Positions 38,758 to 47,921 are shown, counted from the first letter of the stretch. The stretch is 64,000 nucleotides of DNA from Candidatus Micrarchaeia archaeon (GCA_041648335.1 JBAZPG010000004.1:13793-77792), one strand, 5' to 3'. The notes: a model not told the origin generated them from the sequence alone. Numbers and translations are program-made.

Positions 38758-39729
38758 CTACCGTATCTCGCCCACGAGCTCTTCGAGTATGTCCTCGAGG
38801 GTTACCACGCCCGCGAACTCGCCTTTCTCGTCCACCACGACCGCGATGTTCCTGCCGAGCGACTGGAGGGTGGCGAACGCGTTGTGGAGTTTGTCGGTCG
38901 TATGCAACAGCACGGGTTTCGTGCACACCTTGTCCACCGTCCAGTCGGGGTGCTCGTAGAACGCCCGGACGAGCGCCTTGAACGAAATCGTGCCCACTAT
39001 CTTCTTCTGGGGGGTGAGCACCGGGAAGCGCGAGTAAACGCTCCACACCGCCTTCTTGTGCGCCTCGGCAACGGACTGTTCGGAAGACAGCATCACCGCG
39101 CTTGACTTCGGTGTCATCGCCCTTGAAACCGGGCGGTCGTTGAATTCGAGCACGTTCTCGATGAGTTCGCGCTCCTTCTCGGATATCCCCTTGTGTTTGG
39201 CGCCGAGCTTGACTGCCGAACGGACTTCGGCTTCGGTGAACTGCTCTATACCCGTAGCCGTCGAGTAAACGCCGGGGATGAGGCGGTTGATGGACTCGAA
39301 GAGCACCACCAACGGGAAGGAAAGCCAGTAGAACGCCTCGATTGCCTTAGCCGAGGACAACGCGATTTTTTCCCCGTACGTGGTGGCCGCGCTTTTCGGC
39401 GCGATGTCCCCGAAAGTCAACAACAGGAAACTCATAAGCCCGATTGCGATACCCACCCCTGCCTCCCCGAACAAGCCCGTGGATATGCTCGTCGCGAGTG
39501 CGGAGGCGGCCACGTTCGCGATGTTGCCTCCGATTAAGAGCGAAATTACCACTCGGCGGCGTTTGGAACGCAACCGCGCCAGGCTCTCCGCCCCGGGCGC
39601 CGCTTCCTCCACCAGGGAATGCAGCCGGACGGACGAGAGCGAGAGGAACGCCACTTCGGTTGCGGCGAAGAACGCGGACGCGGCAACCAACGCGGCAAGC
39701 AGCGCGGCCTGCGCATAAAAATCAAGCAT
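38758..39729 (-). CDS. CNNM/CorB-family membrane protein (DUF21 transmembrane domain plus a CBS pair)
   Basis: N-terminal DUF21 multi-TM region and C-terminal tandem CBS domains (..VVDEKGEFAGVVTLEDILEELVGEI). Confidence 0.85.
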   Translation of the reverse strand: MLDFYAQAALLAALVAASAFFAATEVAFLSLSSVRLHSLVEEAAPGAESLARLRSKRRRVVISLLIGGNIANVAASALATSISTGLFGEAGVGIAIGLMSFLLLTFGDIAPKSAATTYGEKIALSSAKAIEAFYWLSFPLVVLFESINRLIPGVYSTATGIEQFTEAEVRSAVKLGAKHKGISEKERELIENVLEFNDRPVSRAMTPKSSAVMLSSEQSVAEAHKKAVWSVYSRFPVLTPQKKIVGTISFKALVRAFYEHPDWTVDKVCTKPVLLHTTDKLHNAFATLQSLGRNIAVVVDEKGEFAGVVTLEDILEELVGEIR

Positions 39730-39794
39730 GATGGAAAAGACGCGAAGGCGGTTTAAAACGATTGGCGCGCTTTACAAAAAGCCTAAAAACATTG

Positions 39795-40499
39795 TTAGAG
39801 GCGCGCCGCGCCTAACGCGCACAACGCTGCAACGAGCAGGGGCTGGTGCGCCAGGTAAATCGCGAGCGAGTGCCTGCCCGCCAGGCACAACGCCCCCGCG
39901 TAAAAAGGCTTCTCGAATAACGCGAAAGCGCGCCTGCCGCCCCGATAGAATATTTTTCCGGCGGCAACGCCGAACAGGAATACGCCGAACCACGGGAACA
40001 ACGGTTCGTAGTCAACCGAGGAAAAGCCCGCGGGCGCAACGCCCAGCCACAAGAACAGTTGGGTTTCGGGTTGGATTGTTGCCAAGGGAACGGCGAGCGC
40101 GATAATCACGCAACCCAAAACAACCAAGGCAACGGGAGGCAGGCGCAAGGCGAACGCGCCCGCGAGTATTATCGACGCGCCTATCAAGTGTAAAACCCCG
40201 AAGACAACGAACGCTTCGGGAATGAAGTAAAACGTTGTTGCGGTGACGAGCAAGCCGCACGCGAATATTTTCGCGCCGCGCGCCGCCAGGCGTTTGCCTT
40301 GCGTGGACGCGAGGTGCGTGCTCAAGCCGGCGAGGAAAACGAATGCGGCAACCGTGGCGAACGCCCACAACTGGTTCGCAGGCAACGCGGGGTCAAAGCT
40401 CGCGATGCCGAAATAAGCGAGGGCGTAGAGCCAGTTGAATGCGAGCATGGACGCCACCGCGGCGCCGCGCGCGAAGTCCACCTCCCAGAATCGGGGCAT
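39795..40499 (-). CDS. DUF1624-like acyltransferase-family membrane protein
   Basis: 234 aa, multi-TM, with an N-terminal RFWEVDFARG motif. Confidence 0.45.
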   Translation of the reverse strand: MPRFWEVDFARGAAVASMLAFNWLYALAYFGIASFDPALPANQLWAFATVAAFVFLAGLSTHLASTQGKRLAARGAKIFACGLLVTATTFYFIPEAFVVFGVLHLIGASIILAGAFALRLPPVALVVLGCVIIALAVPLATIQPETQLFLWLGVAPAGFSSVDYEPLFPWFGVFLFGVAAGKIFYRGGRRAFALFEKPFYAGALCLAGRHSLAIYLAHQPLLVAALCALGAARL

Positions 40500-40535
40500 T
40501 CACCAATTAAGAAAACGCAGGTTAAAATGATTGGC

Positions 40536-40552
40536 TGCGTTCAATTGATTTG
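40536..40552. repeat. left copy of an imperfect 17-bp direct repeat (TGCGTTCAATTGATTTG) bounding a 4.2-kb low-GC segment
   Basis: Matches 44770..44786 (TGCGTTCAGTTTATTTC) at 14 of 17 positions. GC content drops sharply between the two copies. Confidence 0.4.
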
Positions 40553-40712
40553 ACAAAATCACATCATCCTCCCGAGGTAGGGTGTGGTATATTTCAATAG
40601 GTTAGTTGTGGACTATTATTGAACGACGTTGCATAATTTTAATATTTACCTACGAATCTATTTGACCGAAAAACATATATTACTCTTTTATCATTAATAT
40701 TGATAGATTTGT

Positions 40713-41030
40713 ATGGTTATGGCTAAAGAAGATCCGAACGAAATACTTCAGGCTCTGCTGAGGATAGAGCATCGCCTCGAGGACATGGGGGCATTACTGC
40801 GCCTGGGTCAGCGCGGACAAATCGAGCAAATCAAACAAGAATTCTTGAGTAGTGGTGTACGTAAATCAGTTTATGAGTTATGCAACGGGAACTGCTCCGT
40901 CAACGAGATGGCTGCCAAGTTGCACAAAAAGGGACCCAACATAAGCCGGGCCCTTGGAGAGCTTGAGGCTGCTGGATTGATACGGCAAATTAGGGCTGGC
41001 AGGCACGTTAGCTACGAGCGCCTGATTTGA
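40713..41030 (+). CDS. winged-HTH (ArsR/MarR-like) DNA-binding protein
   Basis: SVNEMAAKLHKKGPNISRALGELEAAGLIRQIRAGRHVSY is a recognition helix plus wing; 105 aa, low GC. Confidence 0.55.
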   Translation: MVMAKEDPNEILQALLRIEHRLEDMGALLRLGQRGQIEQIKQEFLSSGVRKSVYELCNGNCSVNEMAAKLHKKGPNISRALGELEAAGLIRQIRAGRHVSYERLI

Positions 41031-41031
41031 G

Positions 41032-41259
41032 GTGGGGAATATGAGTGAAGAAATATTAGCCCGCATAGACCGGCGTTTAGAACAACTGGTTAAGATATCT
41101 GCGTTGAATGTCGGCAAGGATTCAACTTTGACTGATAGGATAGTATTGCTCTACAAGATTGATTTCGGACCGAAAGAAATTGCAGAAATTCTTGGAACAA
41201 ATCCTAACGTGGTTAATGTTCGATTATCCGAAGCGCGAAAACGAGGCGAGATAAAATGA
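41032..41259 (+). CDS. small HTH protein, sigma-70 region-4-like (paralog 1 of 3)
   Basis: 75 aa ending PKEIAEILGTNPNVVNVRLSEARKRG; overlaps the next gene by ATGA. Confidence 0.5.
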   Translation: MGNMSEEILARIDRRLEQLVKISALNVGKDSTLTDRIVLLYKIDFGPKEIAEILGTNPNVVNVRLSEARKRGEIK

Positions 41260-41474
41260 AAATCAAATCCGAATTGGATGTATTAAACGAGATTTCAAGG
41301 AAACTAGATGTCCTAATAATCACGCTAACTTGTCAAGGCAAGTCCGAAGACGAAGTAACTCAGATATTCATGAGATCTGGGCTCAGCTGTCCTGAACTTT
41401 CTACGATAACTGGTATAAGTGTTGCTGCAATCCAAAAACGTATTGAACGCGCACGAAAACGGGTGAAAAAATGA
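41256..41474 (+). CDS. small HTH protein, sigma-70 region-4-like (paralog 2 of 3)
   Basis: 72 aa ending PELSTITGISVAAIQKRIERARKRV; overlaps the next ATG by ATGA. Confidence 0.5.
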   Translation: MKIKSELDVLNEISRKLDVLIITLTCQGKSEDEVTQIFMRSGLSCPELSTITGISVAAIQKRIERARKRVKK

Positions 41475-41638
41475 GTGACGAAGATATTGCCAAGGAGCTA
41501 GCAGACATAAAGAAATTGTTTATACTCAACTTAATGTCCGCGGGCGTAAATTCAACAGATATCGCTAAGACCCTCGGAGTAACAAAGGGGCGATTAAGTC
41601 AAATAGTAAAGCGGCCATCCAAGAAATCAACGGATTGA
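41471..41638 (+). CDS. small HTH protein, sigma-70 region-4-like (paralog 3 of 3; 55 aa, below the ORF-track length cutoff)
   Basis: Hand-translated: MSDEDIAKELADIKKLFILNLMSAGVNSTDIAKTLGVTKGRLSQIVKRPSKKSTD. It has the same HTH pattern and is translationally coupled. Confidence 0.4.
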   Translation: MSDEDIAKELADIKKLFILNLMSAGVNSTDIAKTLGVTKGRLSQIVKRPSKKSTD

Positions 41639-41680
41639 TCCTAAAAATAATGGTACAACCATAAACTCGATACAACTGGT

Positions 41681-42472
41681 TTGATAAATATGAATTCTAG
41701 CGCTCCTTTGGATGCAGATACGCTAAAGAAAAACTGCGCACATTATGCTGGTCTTCATTCCAAAGCAATCGACGTTTTGAGAAAAGCCAACGGAAAAATC
41801 GATTATAAAAAAATTGCCGAAATTCTGAGTCTTTCTAAAACTAGAGTTAGTAGCCTATTGAAGTCAGCCGAGCGATTTGGGCTCGCAAGAAAAGAGGAAA
41901 AATTATACAAAAAGTTGCCAGGTATTCTTCAGCATATGCCTAAGCGGACCACTAAAAAAACGAGTTTCAGATCCGTATCGGAGGTTATGGTTGGGGCAAC
42001 TAAAAAAGCAAGCTCATTTAAGCGTAAACCGTACATCGGTTTTAGAACCAAAACGCAAGATGAGGGCAGGATGGCTAACGCATATATTTGGGTGTATATA
42101 ACAGAAAATCTCCTGCGAGACCTCATACGGAATGTATTTTCATCAGAAAAAGACTGGTGGAACAAGCAGGTTAATGGCGCAATTAAAAAAGAAGTACGTG
42201 ACGCTATAGCCAAATACCCTTATGACGGAGCTAAAAGAAAAGATGAACTGGAATATACTCACTTGGGGCAGCTTAAAGAGATAATAACCTCAAAAATGAA
42301 TTGGAATCTATTTTTATCTCATCTCAATGAAACTGATAAAAATAGTTTTAATGCTACGGTGGAAAAAGCTATCCCCTATAGAAATTCAATTGCTCATTGC
42401 ACTCGCCTGACCTCAGAGGATTTTAAATTTGTTGAACTGAGATTCAAGGACATTTTGAAAATGATAAAATAG
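41681..42472 (+). CDS. HTH-HEPN fusion protein (N-terminal wHTH; C-terminal HEPN-like domain with an R-x4-H motif)
   Basis: N-terminal ..KKIAEILSLSKTRVSSLLKSAERFGLARK; C-terminal ..KAIPYRNSIAHCTRLTSEDF containing RNSIAH (Rx4H), reminiscent of Abi_2/Swt1-type HEPN. Confidence 0.5.
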   Translation: MINMNSSAPLDADTLKKNCAHYAGLHSKAIDVLRKANGKIDYKKIAEILSLSKTRVSSLLKSAERFGLARKEEKLYKKLPGILQHMPKRTTKKTSFRSVSEVMVGATKKASSFKRKPYIGFRTKTQDEGRMANAYIWVYITENLLRDLIRNVFSSEKDWWNKQVNGAIKKEVRDAIAKYPYDGAKRKDELEYTHLGQLKEIITSKMNWNLFLSHLNETDKNSFNATVEKAIPYRNSIAHCTRLTSEDFKFVELRFKDILKMIK

Positions 42473-42670
42473 GCAAAGATATTCTTTCTTCGGAAACAAC
42501 AAATCTTTTTTGGTATCCGACAAACCTGCGCACCTCAAGCAGCTAACCTGATCGCTCAAAAGAGTGGCTACACCCTATCTTTCCCGCTTATTTCCGCACT
42601 GAAGCGTTTTGCTCCGATTTTCAGTGGCAACGACCCCTAAGCACCTTTTTAATGCGTCTTCGGGTTTACT

Positions 42671-43552
42671 ATGCGGGGGACTGGCGTGCTAAAGGAAGCT
42701 AAACCGTTTGTTAAATGGGCTGGAGGCAAGCGCCAGCTTTTGGACGAACTCACCCGGGGCCTTCCGTCCTTTGAAAATTATCACGAACCGTTTTTGGGTG
42801 GTGCCGCGTTCTTTTTCAGGTTGGAGGCAGAAGACAGGATAAACACGGCTTTCTTGAGCGACTCCAACGAGGAACTAATCAACGCTTACTCGATAATCAA
42901 AAGTGACGTTTTCGGGTTGATGGCGGAACTATCTTCCCCGATTTACGCGAACAATGAAGCCGCTTACTACAAAATGCGGGCCTCCAAGCCTTCTTCAAAG
43001 GTAGCGCGCGCGGCGCGTTTCATTTACCTGAACAAGACCGCGTTCAACGGGTTGTACCGCGTTAATTCGAAGGGCGGTTTCAACGTTCCCTTCGGGCGTT
43101 ACGATAACCCGAAGATACTCGACAGCGAAAATCTGTTGCTGGTTCACCGCGCCTTGCAAAAAGACGAGCTTTACTGCGGCGACTTCGCGGTTGTGTTGAA
43201 GAATGCGAAACGCGGTGATTTGGTTTACTTTGACCCGCCCTATCATCCAATATCCAAGACCGCGCACTTCACGAGCTACACTAAGGACAAGTTCTCTGAG
43301 GTGGATCAAACGAAGCTCATGAAAACCGTCAAGGCGCTCGATTCGCGTGGCTGTTTCGTGTTATTGAGCAACTCGTACTCCGACTTTACCGCCGAACTTT
43401 ACGCGGAGTTCGAGCCGGAAGTGATTTTTGCAAGCAGGATGATAAACTGCAAGGGAGACCGTCGAGGCAAAGTGCAGGAGTTACTTGTCCGGAATTGGGA
43501 GCCCAAGGTAGCCCAGAGGAAGCTCGTTGAAGAAATAGTCGCAATCAACTGA
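42671..43552 (+). CDS. DNA adenine methyltransferase, Dam/D12 class (N6-adenine MTase)
   Basis: N-terminal KPFVKWAGGKRQLL (AdoMet-binding motif I region), catalytic DPPY, and FNGLYRVN. Confidence 0.9.
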   Translation: MRGTGVLKEAKPFVKWAGGKRQLLDELTRGLPSFENYHEPFLGGAAFFFRLEAEDRINTAFLSDSNEELINAYSIIKSDVFGLMAELSSPIYANNEAAYYKMRASKPSSKVARAARFIYLNKTAFNGLYRVNSKGGFNVPFGRYDNPKILDSENLLLVHRALQKDELYCGDFAVVLKNAKRGDLVYFDPPYHPISKTAHFTSYTKDKFSEVDQTKLMKTVKALDSRGCFVLLSNSYSDFTAELYAEFEPEVIFASRMINCKGDRRGKVQELLVRNWEPKVAQRKLVEEIVAIN

Positions 43553-44008
43553 TTTGATGTACGCTAAAACATCCGCGTATTCCTTCTTTTTGAACCAGTC
43601 GTTTAAGACGTAAACATACTTGACTTTCAATTTCGGTTCGACGAGCTTCTTGTACTGCTTTAACTTGAAGTCGCAGGTCTGGAGCTTCTCGTCCACCGAA
43701 CCCGCGACCGTCTGGAACTTGGTTTCAACTATGAAAAGCGTCTCGTTCACCAGAACGAGCACGGCGTCGTCCGGCAGGAGCTTCTTGGAAATCAGTTTTC
43801 CAACATTTACGCCCATCGGCGCCAACAAGCCCGAATAAAGCCTGTTTTTCTTGTAAAGGCGCGCCACATCCTTGCCCTTGAAGGTTACGGTGTCGTCGCT
43901 GACCGCGTAACCCTTGATTTTCGAGATGACCGTAGCAAAGTCGGTTCTCTTCTCGAAGTGGAGCCCGTGAAGCGTAGTTTTGCTACCGCCCTTTCCTCCG
44001 CGAATCAT
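43481..44008 (-). CDS. putative PD-(D/E)xK nuclease; candidate restriction endonuclease partnered with the Dam-like MTase
   Basis: A PDD..(x18)..IVETK arrangement is compatible with a PD-(D/E)xK core. It lies convergent to the MTase and overlaps its 3' end by ~70 nt. The start is set at the internal Met (MIRGGKGG) because the upstream part of the ORF looks non-coding. Confidence 0.3.
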   Translation of the reverse strand: MIRGGKGGSKTTLHGLHFEKRTDFATVISKIKGYAVSDDTVTFKGKDVARLYKKNRLYSGLLAPMGVNVGKLISKKLLPDDAVLVLVNETLFIVETKFQTVAGSVDEKLQTCDFKLKQYKKLVEPKLKVKYVYVLNDWFKKKEYADVLAYIKSVDCDYFFNELPLGYLGLPIPDK

Positions 44009-44146
44009 AATACTAACAATATTGCCGGGTATTTTAGGTTTTAGCGGCTTCAGGTTTTGCTCTTTAAACCCCGTTTTGGGCGAGTTAAAGGAGAATAGCG
44101 CCGGATTTAGGAGTAGTTTTAAATCCGTCTTGGTTTTAGTTGTTTT

Positions 44147-44704
44147 ATGCCCGCGCCAAATAAGAAGTACGACTACTGCGATCCCATCCAGTTGAATTTG
44201 AAGAACAAAACGCGAGAAGAATTTAGACGGAGTATAGTAACCTGCTTTCTTTTGGAAAACAAGGGGTATTGGGACGATGAAGTCCAGCATGTTATGCATT
44301 ACACTTATTTTGTAGAAACAATAGCCGATGGTTCAAGAATTTACTTAAAGCGTCCCGCGCGTTTAAACAAGGGAATGGATTTTCAAGTAAATGCAGAAAA
44401 TTTTCTTAAATATGAAAACGGTAATAACAAACCACCCAGCCACAAGGACATAATAAAGGACCTAAAAAATAAAAAAAAAGAAGCTCCTAAAAAATTTGCG
44501 CAATTGATGAAGTTAATTGCGCGGGTCTATAATTGCGAAGAGCCAGATGAAGTTCTGTCCGGCAGTAATCTAAAATTTAATTCGGGTGCAACCATAGAAT
44601 TGTTGTTGAAATTATTGAAATGGTTGTTTATCGAACAGGATATGACTTACTGGAGTTATGATGGCCGCGAAATGCTTAAACGAGGAATAGACGAACTGGC
44701 GTGA
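44147..44704 (+). CDS. hypothetical basic protein (185 aa), low GC
   Basis: Coding-like Lys/Glu/Asn-rich composition in the AT-rich island; no motif. Confidence 0.35.
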   Translation: MPAPNKKYDYCDPIQLNLKNKTREEFRRSIVTCFLLENKGYWDDEVQHVMHYTYFVETIADGSRIYLKRPARLNKGMDFQVNAENFLKYENGNNKPPSHKDIIKDLKNKKKEAPKKFAQLMKLIARVYNCEEPDEVLSGSNLKFNSGATIELLLKLLKWLFIEQDMTYWSYDGREMLKRGIDELA

Positions 44705-44769
44705 ACGCGATTTTCATATATTTTATGCGCAGATCTGACCGTGAGCGGAGAATTCATTTAGCGCAAAGT

Positions 44770-44786
44770 TGCGTTCAGTTTATTTC
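44770..44786. repeat. right copy of the imperfect 17-bp direct repeat (TGCGTTCAGTTTATTTC)
   Basis: See 40536..40552. Confidence 0.4.
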
Positions 44787-45003
44787 GGCGAGCTTGCGCT
44801 TGACTTCCTCGTAATCCTCGTGGAGCCGGCGGTCTCTTTTCAGGGGGTCCATGCGGACCTTGGCTTCGAGTTCGATGAGTTTCGCCTTCAAACCCGACTT
44901 CCTGCGTTCCAAATCCTTTTTGCTCAAACCCATAAACGAATCGCCTCTCTACTAACTTGACGAGGAAGCGGAAGGTTTTAAGCGCGCCGCTTGGACGCCT
45001 AAG

Positions 45004-46170
45004 TTAAAACGGGATGTCGTCTTCGCTAGGTTTTCCTTTATTTTTCCTTGCAACCAATTGCCTGAAAATCCGCGAGGCGGCGCCTTGTTTGTATTTTTCG
45101 CGTTTTTCTTTCGCTTTTTTTCGCGCGTCCTCCAGCGTCGGTTTCTCGAGCGGAACTACAGAAGCATGTAAATTTTCGTAGTCTTTCAACTGTCCGTCAT
45201 AGTCTTTCAACAAATGGCGTTCGTAAGCTTCTTCGATTCTTTTGATTGTTTCTTTGGGCAGTTGCTGGAAGTGCGGGGTTATCTCGTGCGCGTCATCGAA
45301 TATTACCTGGCGCAATTCTGCGGCCAAGTGGTTTTCTTCGGTTGAACCGCCGGTCGAGTAATCCCAGCCAATTTCGCCCGGACGCCGGTTAGGTGCATTT
45401 CCCTTCTTGCCTTCTTCCTTCAAGTATGTGCCCGCAAGTGCTTTGGTTACGCGCGCGGTTCTCTCGCTTGGTTCCATTTTTTTCAACCAACCGGAAAGTA
45501 CGCAAACGCCGTTCTGCCGAGCGATGCGCGAGCGTTTGTCATTCAACAAGTTCAAGGCGTATTCCACGCCTTCGGGCGCACCCAAACGTACTAATGTCCT
45601 GACGGCATCGCTGCGGGTATTTTTGTTAGGGTCTTCGAGAAAGGGCAGCAGATGGCGTACGAGGTGCGGGTCACCCGAGAAGGCAATGGATTGGATTAAC
45701 TTGCTTCTCACGAAACTGCTTTTTTGGTCCGGCGCATGTAATGCTTGACAGGCGCCGAACGCGATTTCCGGGTAGTGCATAAATGCAGCTAATTTTTCGG
45801 CGGCGATGGCGCGCACCCAGTGGCTTCGGTCCCCGGTTGCTACCTTCAAGAGTTCTTCGCCCGCCGTCTGGCTCTTACGTCCACTCAATTTTTCCAGGTT
45901 GGCCAGCGCGCGCACTGCGGTTCCGCGGACTTCAAAGCGAGGGTCCCCGCGGATTAATTGGATTAACTTTCCATGGGCTTCCGGGGCGTCGATTGAGCCG
46001 AGAGCTGCCGCGAGTTTTACCCGTTTTTCCACGCCCGCGTTTTCAAACGAGGAGACGAGTTTAGCAAGGATTCCCGCTGGAATTTCATTCGAGATTATTC
46101 TTTGGCGGGGGTATTCAAATCGCGAACTAACATTATCCACCTTACTCCTTTGTTGCATCCATTTCGGCAT
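45004..46170 (-). CDS. HEAT-repeat (PBS-lyase-type) protein
   Basis: Multiple DPxxxVRxxAxxALxxxG repeats (DPRFEVRGTAVRALANL, DRSHWVRAIAAEKLA, DPNKNTRSDAVRTLVRLG). Confidence 0.7.
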   Translation of the reverse strand: MPKWMQQRSKVDNVSSRFEYPRQRIISNEIPAGILAKLVSSFENAGVEKRVKLAAALGSIDAPEAHGKLIQLIRGDPRFEVRGTAVRALANLEKLSGRKSQTAGEELLKVATGDRSHWVRAIAAEKLAAFMHYPEIAFGACQALHAPDQKSSFVRSKLIQSIAFSGDPHLVRHLLPFLEDPNKNTRSDAVRTLVRLGAPEGVEYALNLLNDKRSRIARQNGVCVLSGWLKKMEPSERTARVTKALAGTYLKEEGKKGNAPNRRPGEIGWDYSTGGSTEENHLAAELRQVIFDDAHEITPHFQQLPKETIKRIEEAYERHLLKDYDGQLKDYENLHASVVPLEKPTLEDARKKAKEKREKYKQGAASRIFRQLVARKNKGKPSEDDIPF

Positions 46171-46224
46171 GATGCTCCTTGTTCCGCGGTGCTTTTATTT
46201 ATTGTGCGACGGTGCGGATTGGCT

Positions 46225-46755
46225 TCACCGGCTGAGCGCCCACCAGAGCATGACGAGCATGGCGAATTTGGCTGCGAAAACCGCGAGCCAGAGGCGCGCG
46301 ATCTTGATGTCCGTCATTTCGAGGAAGGCGAGGGCGATTTCGTCCGGGAAAGGCATCGCGAACACGAACAAGCCCGCCGCCGGGAGCACGAGCTTGAACT
46401 TGCGGCACTGCCAGCGGATTCGGTAGACTAGCTTGCGTGCGTTCGCTTCGAGCGTGTCCCGCATCGCCGAGAACAGGAACGCGTCAACCGTGGCTGCGGT
46501 GGCGGCTGCCACGGCGGCGACCACGAGTGCGTTCTCGGCGCGCATCAACTCGAATACCACCACCATTGCGAACGGGGTGGTCGAGCCGAACGTGTAAAAA
46601 GCGCCGGCGAGGCACGCGCCCAGCAAGCCCAGCGTCAGCAGGTAGCCGGAGACGATGCGGTCGAACCCGAGGAGGACGAGGGCGGCGCTTGCAACCACGA
46701 AGCCGGTCGCGACGAGGAACCGCTTGTCGAAGGATAAGTGTTTTGCGAATAACAT
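46225..46755 (-). CDS. integral membrane protein, hypothetical
   Basis: 176 aa, 4-5 TM. Confidence 0.4.
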   Translation of the reverse strand: MLFAKHLSFDKRFLVATGFVVASAALVLLGFDRIVSGYLLTLGLLGACLAGAFYTFGSTTPFAMVVVFELMRAENALVVAAVAAATAATVDAFLFSAMRDTLEANARKLVYRIRWQCRKFKLVLPAAGLFVFAMPFPDEIALAFLEMTDIKIARLWLAVFAAKFAMLVMLWWALSR

Positions 46756-46958
46756 GCCTGACTCGTCTTATGGCGTGGGGCGTTAAAAACGCTGTTCACG
46801 CTTGGATTTTCTGGAAGCAATACGTCCCGATGGCGAGCATCACGAGGAGTTCCTCGATGCGTCCGGCGCGCTCGGCCTTGCTTGAGTGCGAGCGAGTTTT
46901 TTAAACCGTTTTTTCGGGAAGCCAAAAGCAATAAAACCGCGCGCGTTTCAACGAGTAC

Positions 46959-47921
46959 ATGGTTTTCCTGGAACTCGCCACGCTCCTCGTGGGCGTCGCA
47001 TTCCTGTCGAAGTCCGCGGAACTCGTGGTCGAGCACGCCGAGCGGCTCGCGCGCTTCCTCGGGATAGGCCAGCTCGCCGTGGGCTTTTTACTCGTCTCCA
47101 CGCTCACCACGCTCCCCGAGCTCTCGGTTTCAGTGATTTCGTCGAGCGCGGGCGAGGGTGCGATTGCGGCGGGGAACGCGTTCGGTTCCATCGTGTGCAA
47201 CATCCTGTTGATACTCGGCTTGGGCGGCGTGCTCTACGGGTTCAAAGTGAACCGCGCGGACGCGAGGGACGCGGGGCTCACCCTCCTGGTTACCACCGTG
47301 CTCGCGCTCTACATGCTTTTCAGCAGCGCGGTCCGCGGCGAGGCAATCGGTTTCGGGGAAGGCGTGCTCTTGCTCCTCGTTTTCGTGCTTTACGCGCTCG
47401 TGATTTTGAGGCGCGAACCCGCGGCGTCAAGCAAGGAGACTGTTTCCCGCGAGGAGGCGGTGCGCTCGTTCCTGTTCTTCGCCGGCGGCATCTTCGTGGT
47501 GTTGTTCAGCGCGAGCGTCGTGGTTGGTGCAGCCGTGGCGTTGGCCGCATCCGCGGGGATAGCCGAGAGCTTCATCGGCGCCACCATAATCGCGCTGGGC
47601 ACCTCGCTCCCAGAGTTGAGCATCGTTCTCTCGGCGTTCAAAGCCAAGCGTTACGGGTTGGGTTTGGGGAACGTCATTGGCGCGAACATGTTGAACGCCA
47701 CCCTCGTGCTCGGGGCTGCGGCGATAATCTCGCCCTTGTCCGTGCTCGCGCTCCCCGTGTTCACTTCCGTTTTGTTGTTCGCGGTGCTCGCGAGCGTGGC
47801 GTTGTTGTATGCGGTTGCAGTGGGCGGGCGCGTGGGCAGGCGTGGCGGCGCCGCGTTCCTCGCCCTTTATGTAATCTATCTGGTTGCCACGTTCGCGTTG
47901 CAGTTCGCTCCCGCGGCTTAG
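46959..47921 (+). CDS. Na+/Ca2+ exchanger family (CaCA, YrbG-like) transporter
   Basis: Two alpha-repeat regions (GNAFGSIVCNILLILG, GTSLPELSIVLSAFKAK..NVIGANMLN), 10 TM. Confidence 0.85.
   Translation: MVFLELATLLVGVAFLSKSAELVVEHAERLARFLGIGQLAVGFLLVSTLTTLPELSVSVISSSAGEGAIAAGNAFGSIVCNILLILGLGGVLYGFKVNRADARDAGLTLLVTTVLALYMLFSSAVRGEAIGFGEGVLLLLVFVLYALVILRREPAASSKETVSREEAVRSFLFFAGGIFVVLFSASVVVGAAVALAASAGIAESFIGATIIALGTSLPELSIVLSAFKAKRYGLGLGNVIGANMLNATLVLGAAAIISPLSVLALPVFTSVLLFAVLASVALLYAVAVGGRVGRRGGAAFLALYVIYLVATFALQFAPAA

Noticed and set aside
44008-44299. N-terminal 97 aa of the 272-aa minus-strand ORF (extending the candidate nuclease)
   Set aside because: Hydrophobic, non-coding-like translation that overlaps the coding-like start of the plus-strand 44147..44704 ORF. 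An internal Met start is preferred.
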